Positions 9,602 to 18,290 of a DNA stretch of 64,000 bases are shown here, one piece after another. The DNA is from Minisyncoccia bacterium (GTDB lineage: Bacteria; Patescibacteriota; Minisyncoccia; Phycocordibacterales; DATDWN01): assembly GCA_049297675.1 (NCBI GenBank), contig JBAQUS010000004.1, positions 13,188 through 77,187 of the forward strand, given 5' to 3'. The position numbers were made by a program, and so were the translations under genes. The notes beneath the pieces were generated by a model. It was not told the origin of the DNA and searched no databases. It was given only the letters and a program-made list of their open reading frames with translations. The first letter of the stretch is position 1; every line of letters begins with the position of its first letter.

Positions 9602-10666
9602 TTAATTTTCCCTCTTAGCTTCATTATTTGCTCTTTCAACCATAAATTTCACTGATTCATTCATATTAATATCCTGTATCTGAATACTAGGTCTCTTATT
9701 TTTAAAAACTCTATAAATCTCATCTGCAAAAGCTTGTCCAACCGTAGGAACTTTATCGTAATCCATAATAATCACCTTAAATTTCTCAAGACCAGAAAGA
9801 ACTCTGCGGGCTTGTGATCGAGATATGTGTACTCCGCCCATAACATACAATCTAACTCTTATTTCAGTTTTATCAAATCCGTAGTCACTATTTTCACCTA
9901 CGTTTGTATACTTTTTAAATATATCACTCAGATGATGTCTATCACCAACATTCACACGAAAAGTAACCTTCGTGCCCTGTTTCTGACCTTTGACTTTTTT
10001 AATAAAAATATCTTTTATTACATTATTAGCAATAAATTGATAACCATAACTATTTAGTATAAACTCGTCACCAATTTTCGAAGTGAAAAAAATACCCTCA
10101 CCGGAGTGAAGCTTAGGGGCTGTTGTAGTTTTACCTTTAAGTAAATCTTGTATAGCTTCAATTTCAGAGTGTAAGTGTTTTTTTTGCATAATATTTCTAA
10201 AAGCACCAATACCAAAGTCGTCAACAATGAAAGTTAAGACATTTTTATTAAGAGAAACAAATATCTTTATTTTCTTTGAAGTTGAGTGTTCAATGGCATT
10301 ATTTAGCATTTCGGAAAACGCATATTCAAAAATACTTTTTACATTTTCAGATATTTTTAACACTGGAAGAAATTGCTTTTCAATATCATTAAAAATTTTA
10401 TGTTCTTCTAAATTTTTATTTGTTAGGATTTTTGAGTATGAGTTTGGCGCAAGTTTTGTATTCTTTTGCAAAAATTCTTCAGTAGTATAAAAGGCTGATC
10501 GTGTTGAGCCAATCTTAATAATCATGTTTTCATACACCAAACTTGATAGAAGTTTTGAAACGTACTGCCTAGACACACCAAAAGGCTCAATAAAATCCGA
10601 AGACCTTACCGTTCCCTTTTCTTTTATCTCTTGTATTATTTTTGCTTTAGTAAGCATTGTAAACAT
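9602..10666 (-). CDS. HTH + GHKL/HATPase_c-like ATP-binding domain + DUF4325 (STAS-like) protein
   Basis: N-terminal HTH (GVSRQYVSKLLSSL). N-box-like EMLNNAIEHS and FIVDDFGIGA. C-terminal ISRSQARRVLSGLEKFKVIIMDYDKVPTVGQAFADEIYRVF is the typical DUF4325. Confidence 0.5.
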   Translation of the reverse strand: MFTMLTKAKIIQEIKEKGTVRSSDFIEPFGVSRQYVSKLLSSLVYENMIIKIGSTRSAFYTTEEFLQKNTKLAPNSYSKILTNKNLEEHKIFNDIEKQFLPVLKISENVKSIFEYAFSEMLNNAIEHSTSKKIKIFVSLNKNVLTFIVDDFGIGAFRNIMQKKHLHSEIEAIQDLLKGKTTTAPKLHSGEGIFFTSKIGDEFILNSYGYQFIANNVIKDIFIKKVKGQKQGTKVTFRVNVGDRHHLSDIFKKYTNVGENSDYGFDKTEIRVRLYVMGGVHISRSQARRVLSGLEKFKVIIMDYDKVPTVGQAFADEIYRVFKNKRPSIQIQDINMNESVKFMVERANNEAKREN

Positions 10667-10725
10667 AATTGTAAACTAATGCTTTTCAATTGTCAACCAA
10701 TTGTCAACCAATTCTACATCCTCTG

Positions 10726-11328
10726 TTAAATCCAGTTATTTTCCGTTAGAAAACCCTTAACCTTCTCATATATTTTACGATGTCCTTCAGCATTGGGATG
10801 CAGACCATCATCAAAGTCCTCATTTTCAAGTAACCCTACATCTAGAAAAGGAACGTTGTTTTCTCTACAAACCTCTTCCATTATCTTGCTATATTTCTTT
10901 ATATTCTCATTTGTGTAATAAATAGGAATCCAAGGTACTGGGGTTGTTTTAGATTCATCACAGTTTTTCAAATCCATAAAAACAATTTTGTCAGTAATCT
11001 TTTTTGCTCTTTTGATTATTTCTTCAAGATTACTCCTGAATTTCTCTGGCTGAACCATAAAATTACCTGGTTTATCATAAGAAGCATCATTACCACCAGT
11101 TTGAAATATAATTGCATCAGCACCTCTTATCTTTGCTTCATTTTCAAATCTCTCCAAAATTGTCTCTGTTGTTCCTCCAGAAATACTTTGATTATATATT
11201 TCTACATAATCTTCGTCTCTTTTTGCAACATAAAACCAAAGACGATTTACCCATCCACCTTTTTCCATATCCCAAGCGCCCCAAGCTGTGCTATCTCCAA
11301 ATATACAAATAGATTCTGGCTTTTTCAT
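10726..11328 (-). CDS. SGNH/GDSL family hydrolase (lipase/esterase)
   Basis: ICIFGDSTAWGAWD (GDS), FQTGGNDAS (GGND), DGLHPN (DxxH). Confidence 0.85.
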   Translation of the reverse strand: MKKPESICIFGDSTAWGAWDMEKGGWVNRLWFYVAKRDEDYVEIYNQSISGGTTETILERFENEAKIRGADAIIFQTGGNDASYDKPGNFMVQPEKFRSNLEEIIKRAKKITDKIVFMDLKNCDESKTTPVPWIPIYYTNENIKKYSKIMEEVCRENNVPFLDVGLLENEDFDDGLHPNAEGHRKIYEKVKGFLTENNWI

Positions 11329-11413
11329 ATAGTTTCTAAAGGATAAATATCAATACCCCCGCAACATTTTCTTCAGTTTCTCCATGTCTAACTAAAAATA
11401 ATTTCATATAAAT

Positions 11414-11977
11414 TTATATATCTAAGTTAATTACTTTGTACTCATATTCCTTAAGAAATAAATTCTCTAAGTCTTGTGCTATATCTTTGAATACATCCTT
11501 ATATTCCTCTTTATAATGGGGAATGATTTTAAGAGGAAGAATACCAAGACCTTCCATTATTTGATTTGCACTTGGACTAAAGAAGAATCTACCAAATACA
11601 TTCGCACCAGCTGACTCTCCAGCTACGGTTTTTCCTTTCAATGAGTCTTTCAATTCAGGAAACTTTTTCAATGCCTCTAGTAGTTTTAGAGAAGTGCCAC
11701 CTTGAAAATATATAATATCCGCATATTTTACCTGTTCAATAAAAGACTCTTCATTCGCAACCTCAAAGTTAAGTTTCTCTTGGTGTTTATTTTGATTAAA
11801 TTCACCCTTAACTCTTTCTGTGGTGATATGTATTCGTTCAATATCTTTTGCAAAAGGAACAATCAAAACCTTTGCATTTTCAGGAGCATCTTTCAGGATT
11901 TCCTTATAGAAATCTGAATTATTCTCTTCTTGATTACCAGGAGTGAACCCCCCATGGAGAATAAACTTTGTTTTCAT
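11414..11977 (-). CDS. peptidase S51 family (dipeptidase E-like) / type-1 glutamine amidotransferase-like
   Basis: YFQGGTSLKLLEALKK ... GESAGANVFG resembles the S51 nucleophile region. Confidence 0.5.
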   Translation of the reverse strand: MKTKFILHGGFTPGNQEENNSDFYKEILKDAPENAKVLIVPFAKDIERIHITTERVKGEFNQNKHQEKLNFEVANEESFIEQVKYADIIYFQGGTSLKLLEALKKFPELKDSLKGKTVAGESAGANVFGRFFFSPSANQIMEGLGILPLKIIPHYKEEYKDVFKDIAQDLENLFLKEYEYKVINLDI

Positions 11978-12381
11978 ATAACTTTACCTAAATTACCATT
12001 CAAAATAATAGCGTCATAAGCCTGGAGTTCATCGTCAATGTATTTTTGATGTGGTAAAGAATTAAGAACAAAAATTTTCTTATCTCTATAATGAGCAAAC
12101 GCCATTTCAAGAAAAGTGCTAGCGCCAATATAATTTTCGATATCTCCTTTTGTATAATTACAGACTAATATAGCATCTGAGGCTTCAATTTTGTCTAAAT
12201 GTACTTTTGCTAAATTTAAACTTTTCTTTGCTTCCACACGACTCGAGCCATCTTCACTGAAATAATCTACATTTTCAACCTTTATTGGTCTGTACACTTC
12301 ATGACCATTGGCCTCAAGTTGTTTTTGAATTTCAATCATATTATCAAAAAACTTTATTGATCCACAAAGCGTAATTTTCAT
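11974..12381 (-). CDS. nucleoside 2-deoxyribosyltransferase-like protein
   Basis: MKITLCGSIKF... start and GASTFLEMAFAHYRDKKIFVL (conserved Glu region of NDT-like proteins). Confidence 0.45.
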   Translation of the reverse strand: MKITLCGSIKFFDNMIEIQKQLEANGHEVYRPIKVENVDYFSEDGSSRVEAKKSLNLAKVHLDKIEASDAILVCNYTKGDIENYIGASTFLEMAFAHYRDKKIFVLNSLPHQKYIDDELQAYDAIILNGNLGKVI

Positions 12382-12384
12382 AAG

Positions 12385-12945
12385 TTATGATTTTAATCCG
12401 AATAATTTTTGACCCTCATCAAACAAATCGAGCATATCCTTCGAAAGAATGAGTGGGATAAACTTTTGTCTATCTTCTGGAGTAAGATTGTTTAGAGAAT
12501 CAATCTTCCAAGCTTCAAAGCCTATCGCTTTACCGGACTCGACCTGAAGGTCGCTGACCTTACCATCAAAAAGATAAACGTATTGTGAACGAATAGTATT
12601 ATTCGTAAGTTTTGTTACTTCATCAAAACTTTTCTTAAACATCTTTTTTACTAGCTTTAATTTTGAAAGATCTACATTAATTCCAGTTTCTTCTTTACAT
12701 TCTTTAACCGCTGTCTCATCATAAGTCATTTTTGGATCAACATGCCCACCAACAGTTGCATCAAGAAGATCTGGATATGTGTCTTTATCTTTTGCTCGAT
12801 GTTGGAAAACAATCTCCCTATCTGGAGTTATAAACCAAATATGAATTTCGCGATGCAATAATCCTTTTTCATGAACAGTTTTCCTTGGTTCAAGACCAAT
12901 TATTTCATCATTTTCATTTACAACTTCAAGCATTTCTTCTTTCAT
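12385..12945 (-). CDS. NUDIX hydrolase
   Basis: Nudix box GGHVDPKMTYDETAVKECKEETGINV. Confidence 0.85.
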   Translation of the reverse strand: MKEEMLEVVNENDEIIGLEPRKTVHEKGLLHREIHIWFITPDREIVFQHRAKDKDTYPDLLDATVGGHVDPKMTYDETAVKECKEETGINVDLSKLKLVKKMFKKSFDEVTKLTNNTIRSQYVYLFDGKVSDLQVESGKAIGFEAWKIDSLNNLTPEDRQKFIPLILSKDMLDLFDEGQKLFGLKS

Positions 12946-12956
12946 ATTTAGTATAA

Positions 12957-12996
12957 TAACAAAAAATCACCGAGTTGTATCGGTGATTTTTTGTCT
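12957..12996. terminator. rho-independent terminator hairpin aaaaaatcaccgagttgtatcggtgattttttgt; conserved copy also at ~33943-33977
   Basis: Perfect stem flanked by A/T runs, downstream of the minus-strand tRNA-Gln. It could act in either direction. Confidence 0.6.
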
Positions 12997-13082
12997 TGAA
13001 TACTGCACTCAGCAGGTATGCTATGTCGGAATAGGTACTTGAGCCATTTCGACCCTCCTCGGAGTCCGAAACTATCTCAAGC

Positions 13083-13156
13083 TGGCTGGGGGGGAAGGAA
13101 TCGGACCTTCATTAGAAGCTTCAAAGGCTCCTGTCCTACCATTAGACGACCCCCCA
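13083..13156 (-). tRNA. tRNA-Gln (anticodon TTG), CCA encoded
   Basis: Manual cloverleaf: U1:A72 acceptor (as in E. coli tRNA-Gln). D stem gtc/gac. Anticodon stem ggagc/gcttc with loop CTTTGAA. T arm gaagg-tccgatt-ccttc. Confidence 0.8.
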
Positions 13157-13436
13157 AATTTCTAGAATCAGGAAATCGGTCACAAATAATTTTCTGATGA
13201 AAATTTTCGCGACCCCGCCTCCTTCGTCTTCACTCAGTCCGGCCTTGCAAAAACATAACATGTTTTCTCACCCCTCTAAAGGCTTCAAAGGCCTCTGTTC
13301 TAGCGTGGGGCGTCTCCCAATATGCAATACAGTAACACTTTTTTTTGTCATCCTCAACTATTAGTCTAATCCAATTCACAATTACATACAAATATAAATT
13401 GATTAAACTTTAACTACTAATTAATTTACTTTGCTA

Positions 13437-13472
13437 TACACTTAACTTATGCTATAGCATAAGTTAAGTGTA
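13437..13472. repeat. 36-bp perfect palindrome tacacttaacttatgctatagcataagttaagtgta
   Basis: Seen in the sequence just downstream of the PaaX-like gene. Related to the 14087-14126 palindrome (cacttaa...gctatagc...ttaagtg). Confidence 0.6.
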
Positions 13473-13498
13473 TGTAGTCTTAGTATAGTATTTTAAGT

Positions 13499-14071
13499 TC
13501 AATCGAGAGAAAGAGAAAATAATTTTCTAATTCTCTTATCACCTTCGATAGAATCTGCAATTATGTAAAGTAGATCCTTCCCTATTTTGAAATCAGCTTT
13601 CAGTAAATTAATAAAGTCCTCACAATCGTAAGGGTAAATCCAGACACTATCTTGTAATCTCAGAAAACCAACACTACTAAGAGTCAACCTGACCTTGTTT
13701 CTAAGAATTTTTCTTGTTTCGGGAATATCAAAAATGAGCATTCTCCATCTTTTATCCCATTTCTTTGGTTTGCTAATTTTCCAATCCCTTATTTCCATGC
13801 CTTCTAAATATTTTAGTCCCTTTTCAGTTATTCTTATTAACCCGTTCTCACGTCCTAAAAATCCATTTTGTAGCAATTTATCACGAGATCTAGCCATTAC
13901 TTCTCTCTGCCTCTTTATCGGCTTAAAACCTGCTTTCTCTAGATACTGAACGGCATTAGGAGCAAGCAGTGCGAGACTGACATACCCCGCTAACTTTACT
14001 GAGGTTAGTATTATTTTTTTGAGATCATTTCTTGCCTTCCTTTTTCTTGATTTATTCTCTATATCCCCCAT
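13499..14071 (-). CDS. PaaX-like transcriptional regulator (winged-helix N-terminus + PaaX_C domain)
   Basis: RWRMLIFDIPETRKILRNKVRLTLSSVGFLRLQDSVWIYPYD matches the PaaX C-terminal domain pattern. N-terminal basic/wHTH region. Confidence 0.55.
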   Translation of the reverse strand: MGDIENKSRKRKARNDLKKIILTSVKLAGYVSLALLAPNAVQYLEKAGFKPIKRQREVMARSRDKLLQNGFLGRENGLIRITEKGLKYLEGMEIRDWKISKPKKWDKRWRMLIFDIPETRKILRNKVRLTLSSVGFLRLQDSVWIYPYDCEDFINLLKADFKIGKDLLYIIADSIEGDKRIRKLFSLSLD

Positions 14072-14086
14072 TATTCGAATATATCA

Positions 14087-14126
14087 TATACACTTAACTA
14101 GTGCTATAGCACTGATTAAGTGTATA
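14087..14126. promoter_or_regulatory. 40-bp near-perfect palindrome tatacacttaactagtgctatagcactgattaagtgtata, immediately upstream of the PaaX-like gene (putative operator)
   Basis: Seen in the sequence. Only the 2-bp inner flanks break the symmetry. Same family as 13437-13472. Confidence 0.5.
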
Positions 14127-14280
14127 TGATAGTTACGTAATATGCGTTAGTGTGTCTAATTCGTGTGCTAATATGTTTGTCTAGGACTATCAATAATATA
14201 TTATGAATCTATAATCAGTTTATTTATTCTGCTATTATTACAAATGTTACTAATCCTTCGTAGAATTCAAGAAAACGATA

Positions 14281-14958
14281 ATGCAAACTAATGTGGACCA
14301 AGTAGAGAAATTAAAAAATAAATTAATTGGTAGTAGGATTTCAGGTTTAGCTCTAGACATAGATGAAACACTTGCAGATTCAAACACACATTGGTTCGAA
14401 AATATGTTTAAATTCCACGCACCAGAGGGACTGAATCTAAAGGACGTCATGAGTAAACATAAATTTGTGGAGGAGGTTCCTGAATGGTCTACTGTAGAAG
14501 CTTTTGAATTCATGCAGGAAATGCTCCATTCGGAAGAATTCAATGAGTCAGTTCCTCTAATTGAAGATTCTAACCATATTGTAAATAAAATAGACAAGCT
14601 AATTCCAATAGTTGCTTATATAACAGCAAGACCTAGCACTGTGATTAACGCCACAAATAGATGGCTAAAAAGACATGACTTTCCTGCGGTTGACTTGATA
14701 ACTCGCCCACATGACATACAAGCTACTGTAACTGATATTATAGACAGAAACAAATGGAAAGCGAAAATCCTAATTGATCTCTTTCCATATGTTTCAGGAA
14801 TTATCGATGACAACTTGCTATTAGCACAATCACTTGACGATCTAGGTTACAAAGGTACGCTCTATCTTTATGGAACCAAAACAACAAAGTTTGATCACAT
14901 GAATCATGTTATAACATGCCCTACATGGAATGATGTTTTAGATAATATAGTAAAATAA
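14281..14958 (+). CDS. HAD superfamily hydrolase-like protein
   Basis: LALDIDETLADS (DxDxT motif I). The overlapping minus ORF 14250..14597 is judged spurious. Confidence 0.5.
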   Translation: MQTNVDQVEKLKNKLIGSRISGLALDIDETLADSNTHWFENMFKFHAPEGLNLKDVMSKHKFVEEVPEWSTVEAFEFMQEMLHSEEFNESVPLIEDSNHIVNKIDKLIPIVAYITARPSTVINATNRWLKRHDFPAVDLITRPHDIQATVTDIIDRNKWKAKILIDLFPYVSGIIDDNLLLAQSLDDLGYKGTLYLYGTKTTKFDHMNHVITCPTWNDVLDNIVK

Positions 14959-15005
14959 ATAAAAAAAATAATAATTACAATTGTCTTAATTTTACTAGGA
15001 AGTGA

Positions 15006-16025
15006 CTAACTATTTATAATATTTATAAGAGCAAGTTCAAGTGGAAGAGATGGAATATATGAGGTTCCCACTCTCTCATAAGAATTTAGAAGTTCAATAA
15101 GTGTTTTGGATGAAAAATCCCCTGAAGCTTTGGCTATTTTAGATACAAACTCAAATTCCTTTTCTGATAGTTTGTTTTTGACTGAATTTTCTGTCCCAAA
15201 GCGGACAAGTAATACTGCTCTGGTAGTTTGTAGTATTAGTTTCAAAAATACAGACATATCTATGTTTTGTGATACAGCTTTTTTTACTGCATTAAGTCCA
15301 TTTTCAAGTTTCTTTTCGCTAATTGACTCAAGTATTTCATGAACTAACTCAACAGATGGTGCTCCTGTAACAAGCCGGACTTCTTCTTCTGAAATTTTTT
15401 TGTCCTTTGTATAAGACAAGACTTTTTGTAAAATTCCTTGAGTATCACGAAAAGAACCATCTCCCAAAAGTGCGATGAGCTCGGCAGAAGAATCTTCAAT
15501 CGAATACCCTTCTTTTTTGGATATATTCAATGCAACCTTTTTCAATGTTTCTTCACTTGGTTTTTTGAAAGTAAAGACTTCACAGCGTGAGAGAACAGTT
15601 TCTGGAATTTTGTGCGTTTCCGTGGTGGCTAAAATGAAAACAACATGAGAGGGTGGCTCCTCCAAAGTTTTTAGTAGTGCATTTGAAGCGGACTTTGAGA
15701 GCATGTGAACTTCATCCAAAATGTAAACTTTGTATTTTGACTCAAAAGGTAATGTAAAAACTGATTCGTTCAGTGACCTAATATCATCTACTGAAGTATT
15801 TGAAGCGGCATCAATCTCATATATATCGTTTTGAGTTGTGCCAATTTCCTTTGCAAATATTCTGGCAACCGAAGTCTTACCGGTCCCCCTAGTACCAGAA
15901 AAAAGATAGGCGTGGGAGATGTTACCTGAGCCTACTTCAGCCTCTAAAACCTTTACAACATGGTCCTGACCAATAACATCTTTAAATTTTGCTGGGCGAT
16001 ATTTACGATATAGTGACTCTGACAT
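15006..16025 (-). CDS. dnaX: DNA polymerase III subunit gamma/tau (short form)
   Basis: YRPAKFKDVIGQDHV, SGTRGTGKTSVARIFAKEIG (Walker A), YKVYILDEVHMLS, NALLKTLEEPP, SRC. Confidence 0.8.
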   Translation of the reverse strand: MSESLYRKYRPAKFKDVIGQDHVVKVLEAEVGSGNISHAYLFSGTRGTGKTSVARIFAKEIGTTQNDIYEIDAASNTSVDDIRSLNESVFTLPFESKYKVYILDEVHMLSKSASNALLKTLEEPPSHVVFILATTETHKIPETVLSRCEVFTFKKPSEETLKKVALNISKKEGYSIEDSSAELIALLGDGSFRDTQGILQKVLSYTKDKKISEEEVRLVTGAPSVELVHEILESISEKKLENGLNAVKKAVSQNIDMSVFLKLILQTTRAVLLVRFGTENSVKNKLSEKEFEFVSKIAKASGDFSSKTLIELLNSYERVGTSYIPSLPLELALINIINS

Positions 16026-16088
16026 GAAAGTAGTATAAACGAATCAGACCGCGGAGTACACACGCGGTCTGATAATCTGAATGCTGAA

Positions 16089-16271
16089 CTACATAGGCGG
16101 CTTCTTCTCTACCCTGAGACCACGAAGTGTGTGATTACGTCGGAAACGCACCATTATGACATTTCCGTTTCGTTTGATGTATCTAAATGGAATATTGCGC
16201 TTTTTTGTGAAAACATGTGCAACACAATCCATTCTGGGGAAACTGGTTTTGAACACCAAAGGTGATCTCAT
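16089..16271 (-). CDS. small basic protein, possibly ribosomal protein L28 family
   Basis: 60 aa and highly basic. Loose resemblance to L28 (..AHVFTKKRN.PF..IKRNGN..MVRFR...LRG). Weak. Confidence 0.3.
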   Translation of the reverse strand: MRSPLVFKTSFPRMDCVAHVFTKKRNIPFRYIKRNGNVIMVRFRRNHTLRGLRVEKKPPM

Positions 16272-16500
16272 GATGGCCCCCTGTTTCTAGTAGAACAGTA
16301 ACATTGTATTAAAAATAAAGTCAAACAATTTTGTGTAAAAAAACAAAGAGGTCTAGTGACCCCTTGAAACAGACAAAACAAAACTGAATAAAACGACTCG
16401 GTGCACAAAGCCCTCACCACCCCTGGTTATGGACAGCTTTGCGGAGAATCCCGCCGGACTGCCAATGCACCGAGTCAATTACACACTACTATAAAAAATA

Positions 16501-17493
16501 TTAGTCGTCAATTTTTTTAATATATTTTTCGATTACCTTTTCTACATCTAGGGAATTATTAGTTTCCATGAGTTTAATTCTTAACTCCTTTGCACTCCAT
16601 CCACTTAGATGAACATCAAAACCCGTCACATATGCTTTGAAATGTTTTTTCATAATTGAAAAATTTTTATGAGGTAGCATTTCTTCAAATAGTTTTGTGT
16701 GCTCAATCAGAATTTTCAGTTTTTCTTCTACATTAATTGGTAATTTCGATTCAGAAAAAAGCCATGGGTTTCCAAAAATAGCTCTTCCGAGCATTGCACC
16801 ATCACAACGATTCTCAAGACACTTTCTTCTAGCGTCCTCAATATCAATCAAGTCACCATTTCCAAAAATTAGAGTTTTACTTTTCTTACCATTTGAGTTT
16901 ACAAACGCATTTCGAATCTTAACAGCTCTTTTTACATGTTCCCATCTAGCTGGCACGAGTGACATCTCCTTTCGGGTACGTGCGTGAATTGTTATAACAG
17001 CAGGCTCCGCTTCAAGCAAAGTAGGTAGCCACGTTTCGAGTTCATTTTTATTGTATCCAATTCTAGTTTTGACAGAAACAGGAAGATCTCCCGCACCCCT
17101 CTTAGCTGACAAAATTAACTCTTGAGCAAGTTTTGGGTTTTTAATGAGTGCGGCACCAGCACCCTGCTTCTCAACACTTTTATCTGGACAACCAATATTT
17201 ATGTCCACTCCGTCAAAACCAAGTTCATTAGCTAATCTTCCAGCCTTCTCCATCATCTCAAGACTTGATGTAAAGAACTGAGCAACAATTGGTCTTTCAC
17301 TTTCATCAAAAGCTAAATCTTTTATTAATACATCATAGCCACCTTTAAACAAACCATCAGCAGAGACAAACTCAGTCCACATTACATCGGGTTTACCATA
17401 TTTTGCAATAATATACCTAAAGGCCGGATCAGTAACGTCCGCCATAGGTGCTAGAGTCATTATCGGTTTTTTAAGTTGATCCCAAAAACTCAT
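16501..17493 (-). CDS. tRNA-dihydrouridine synthase
   Basis: LAPMADVTDPAFR, DGVDINIGCPDKSV, FMN-binding TIM barrel. Start adjusted to the Met (MSFWDQL...) right after the folD stop. The track ORF extends to 17574 and overlaps folD. Confidence 0.8.
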   Translation of the reverse strand: MSFWDQLKKPIMTLAPMADVTDPAFRYIIAKYGKPDVMWTEFVSADGLFKGGYDVLIKDLAFDESERPIVAQFFTSSLEMMEKAGRLANELGFDGVDINIGCPDKSVEKQGAGAALIKNPKLAQELILSAKRGAGDLPVSVKTRIGYNKNELETWLPTLLEAEPAVITIHARTRKEMSLVPARWEHVKRAVKIRNAFVNSNGKKSKTLIFGNGDLIDIEDARRKCLENRCDGAMLGRAIFGNPWLFSESKLPINVEEKLKILIEHTKLFEEMLPHKNFSIMKKHFKAYVTGFDVHLSGWSAKELRIKLMETNNSLDVEKVIEKYIKKIDD

Positions 17494-18290
17494 ATGTTTA
17501 AAAACAAACAAGATAAAGTTACCGGACCAACTCCCCCAGGAACAGGAGTCACGAGTAGAGCCTTTGGAAAACAATCTGGATCAACATCACCAACAATTTT
17601 TCCCTCTGACTCACTTGTTCCTGCGTCAATTAAGATCACTCCTTCCTTTATCATGTCGGGTTTAATAAAATGAGAATCACCAGCACCAGAAATAATAATG
17701 TCAGAAGTTTTAAGTAATTCATCTTTTTTTGTTGGATCAGTATTTTTATCTATTTGAGCATAGTTTATTTTCTTCATACTAAGCATGTTTGAAACAGGCT
17801 CACCCACCAATTTTCCAGAACCAATAATCAAAATTTTTTTGTCACTTAAATCAATACCGTGATATTTTATTATTTCTTCAACGGCTCTCGAAACAGGTGG
17901 GACTTTATCTGTTTGTCCTAACTTGTATTGTCTTTTAGCATTTTCACTTAGAACATCAATATCTAAATCAACTGGAACTAGATTTAAAACTTGATCAGTG
18001 TCAAGATTTTTAGGTAATGGAAGCTGTATAACAATACCAGAATAATTTCTCAATGTAATTTCATCAATAATTCTTTTTACATCTGTAAAAGTAACGTTCT
18101 CCGGATGTTCTGAAACAATTGCTTTAATACCCAAACCTTCAGCAAAACGACATTTCATATTTATAAACTGTCTACTACCTGGATCATTTCCAAATATAAT
18201 AAAGCAAACCTTCTTTTGAGAAGCTTTTGATAGATTATTTATTATTTGCTCTTTTAACAAAGAAGCGACTTGTTTTCCGTCAGCGATCAT
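17490..18290 (-). CDS. folD: bifunctional methylenetetrahydrofolate dehydrogenase/cyclohydrolase
   Basis: DGKQVASLLKEQI, IIGSGKLVGEPVSNML, PVPGGVGPVT. Confidence 0.8.
   Translation of the reverse strand: MIADGKQVASLLKEQIINNLSKASQKKVCFIIFGNDPGSRQFINMKCRFAEGLGIKAIVSEHPENVTFTDVKRIIDEITLRNYSGIVIQLPLPKNLDTDQVLNLVPVDLDIDVLSENAKRQYKLGQTDKVPPVSRAVEEIIKYHGIDLSDKKILIIGSGKLVGEPVSNMLSMKKINYAQIDKNTDPTKKDELLKTSDIIISGAGDSHFIKPDMIKEGVILIDAGTSESEGKIVGDVDPDCFPKALLVTPVPGGVGPVTLSCLFLNI

Noticed and set aside
13160-13330. Possible second functional tRNA (or intron-containing tRNA) next to tRNA-Gln
   Set aside because: Only the anticodon arm is recognisable. No acceptor or T arms can be paired, and there is no TTCGA-like loop. 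Scored as a remnant, not a gene.
16501-17574. Track start of dus at 17574 (85-nt overlap with folD)
   Set aside because: An internal Met (MSFWDQL) gives a start at ~17493, 3 nt after the folD stop, and removes a non-conserved Ser/Trp-rich N-terminus.
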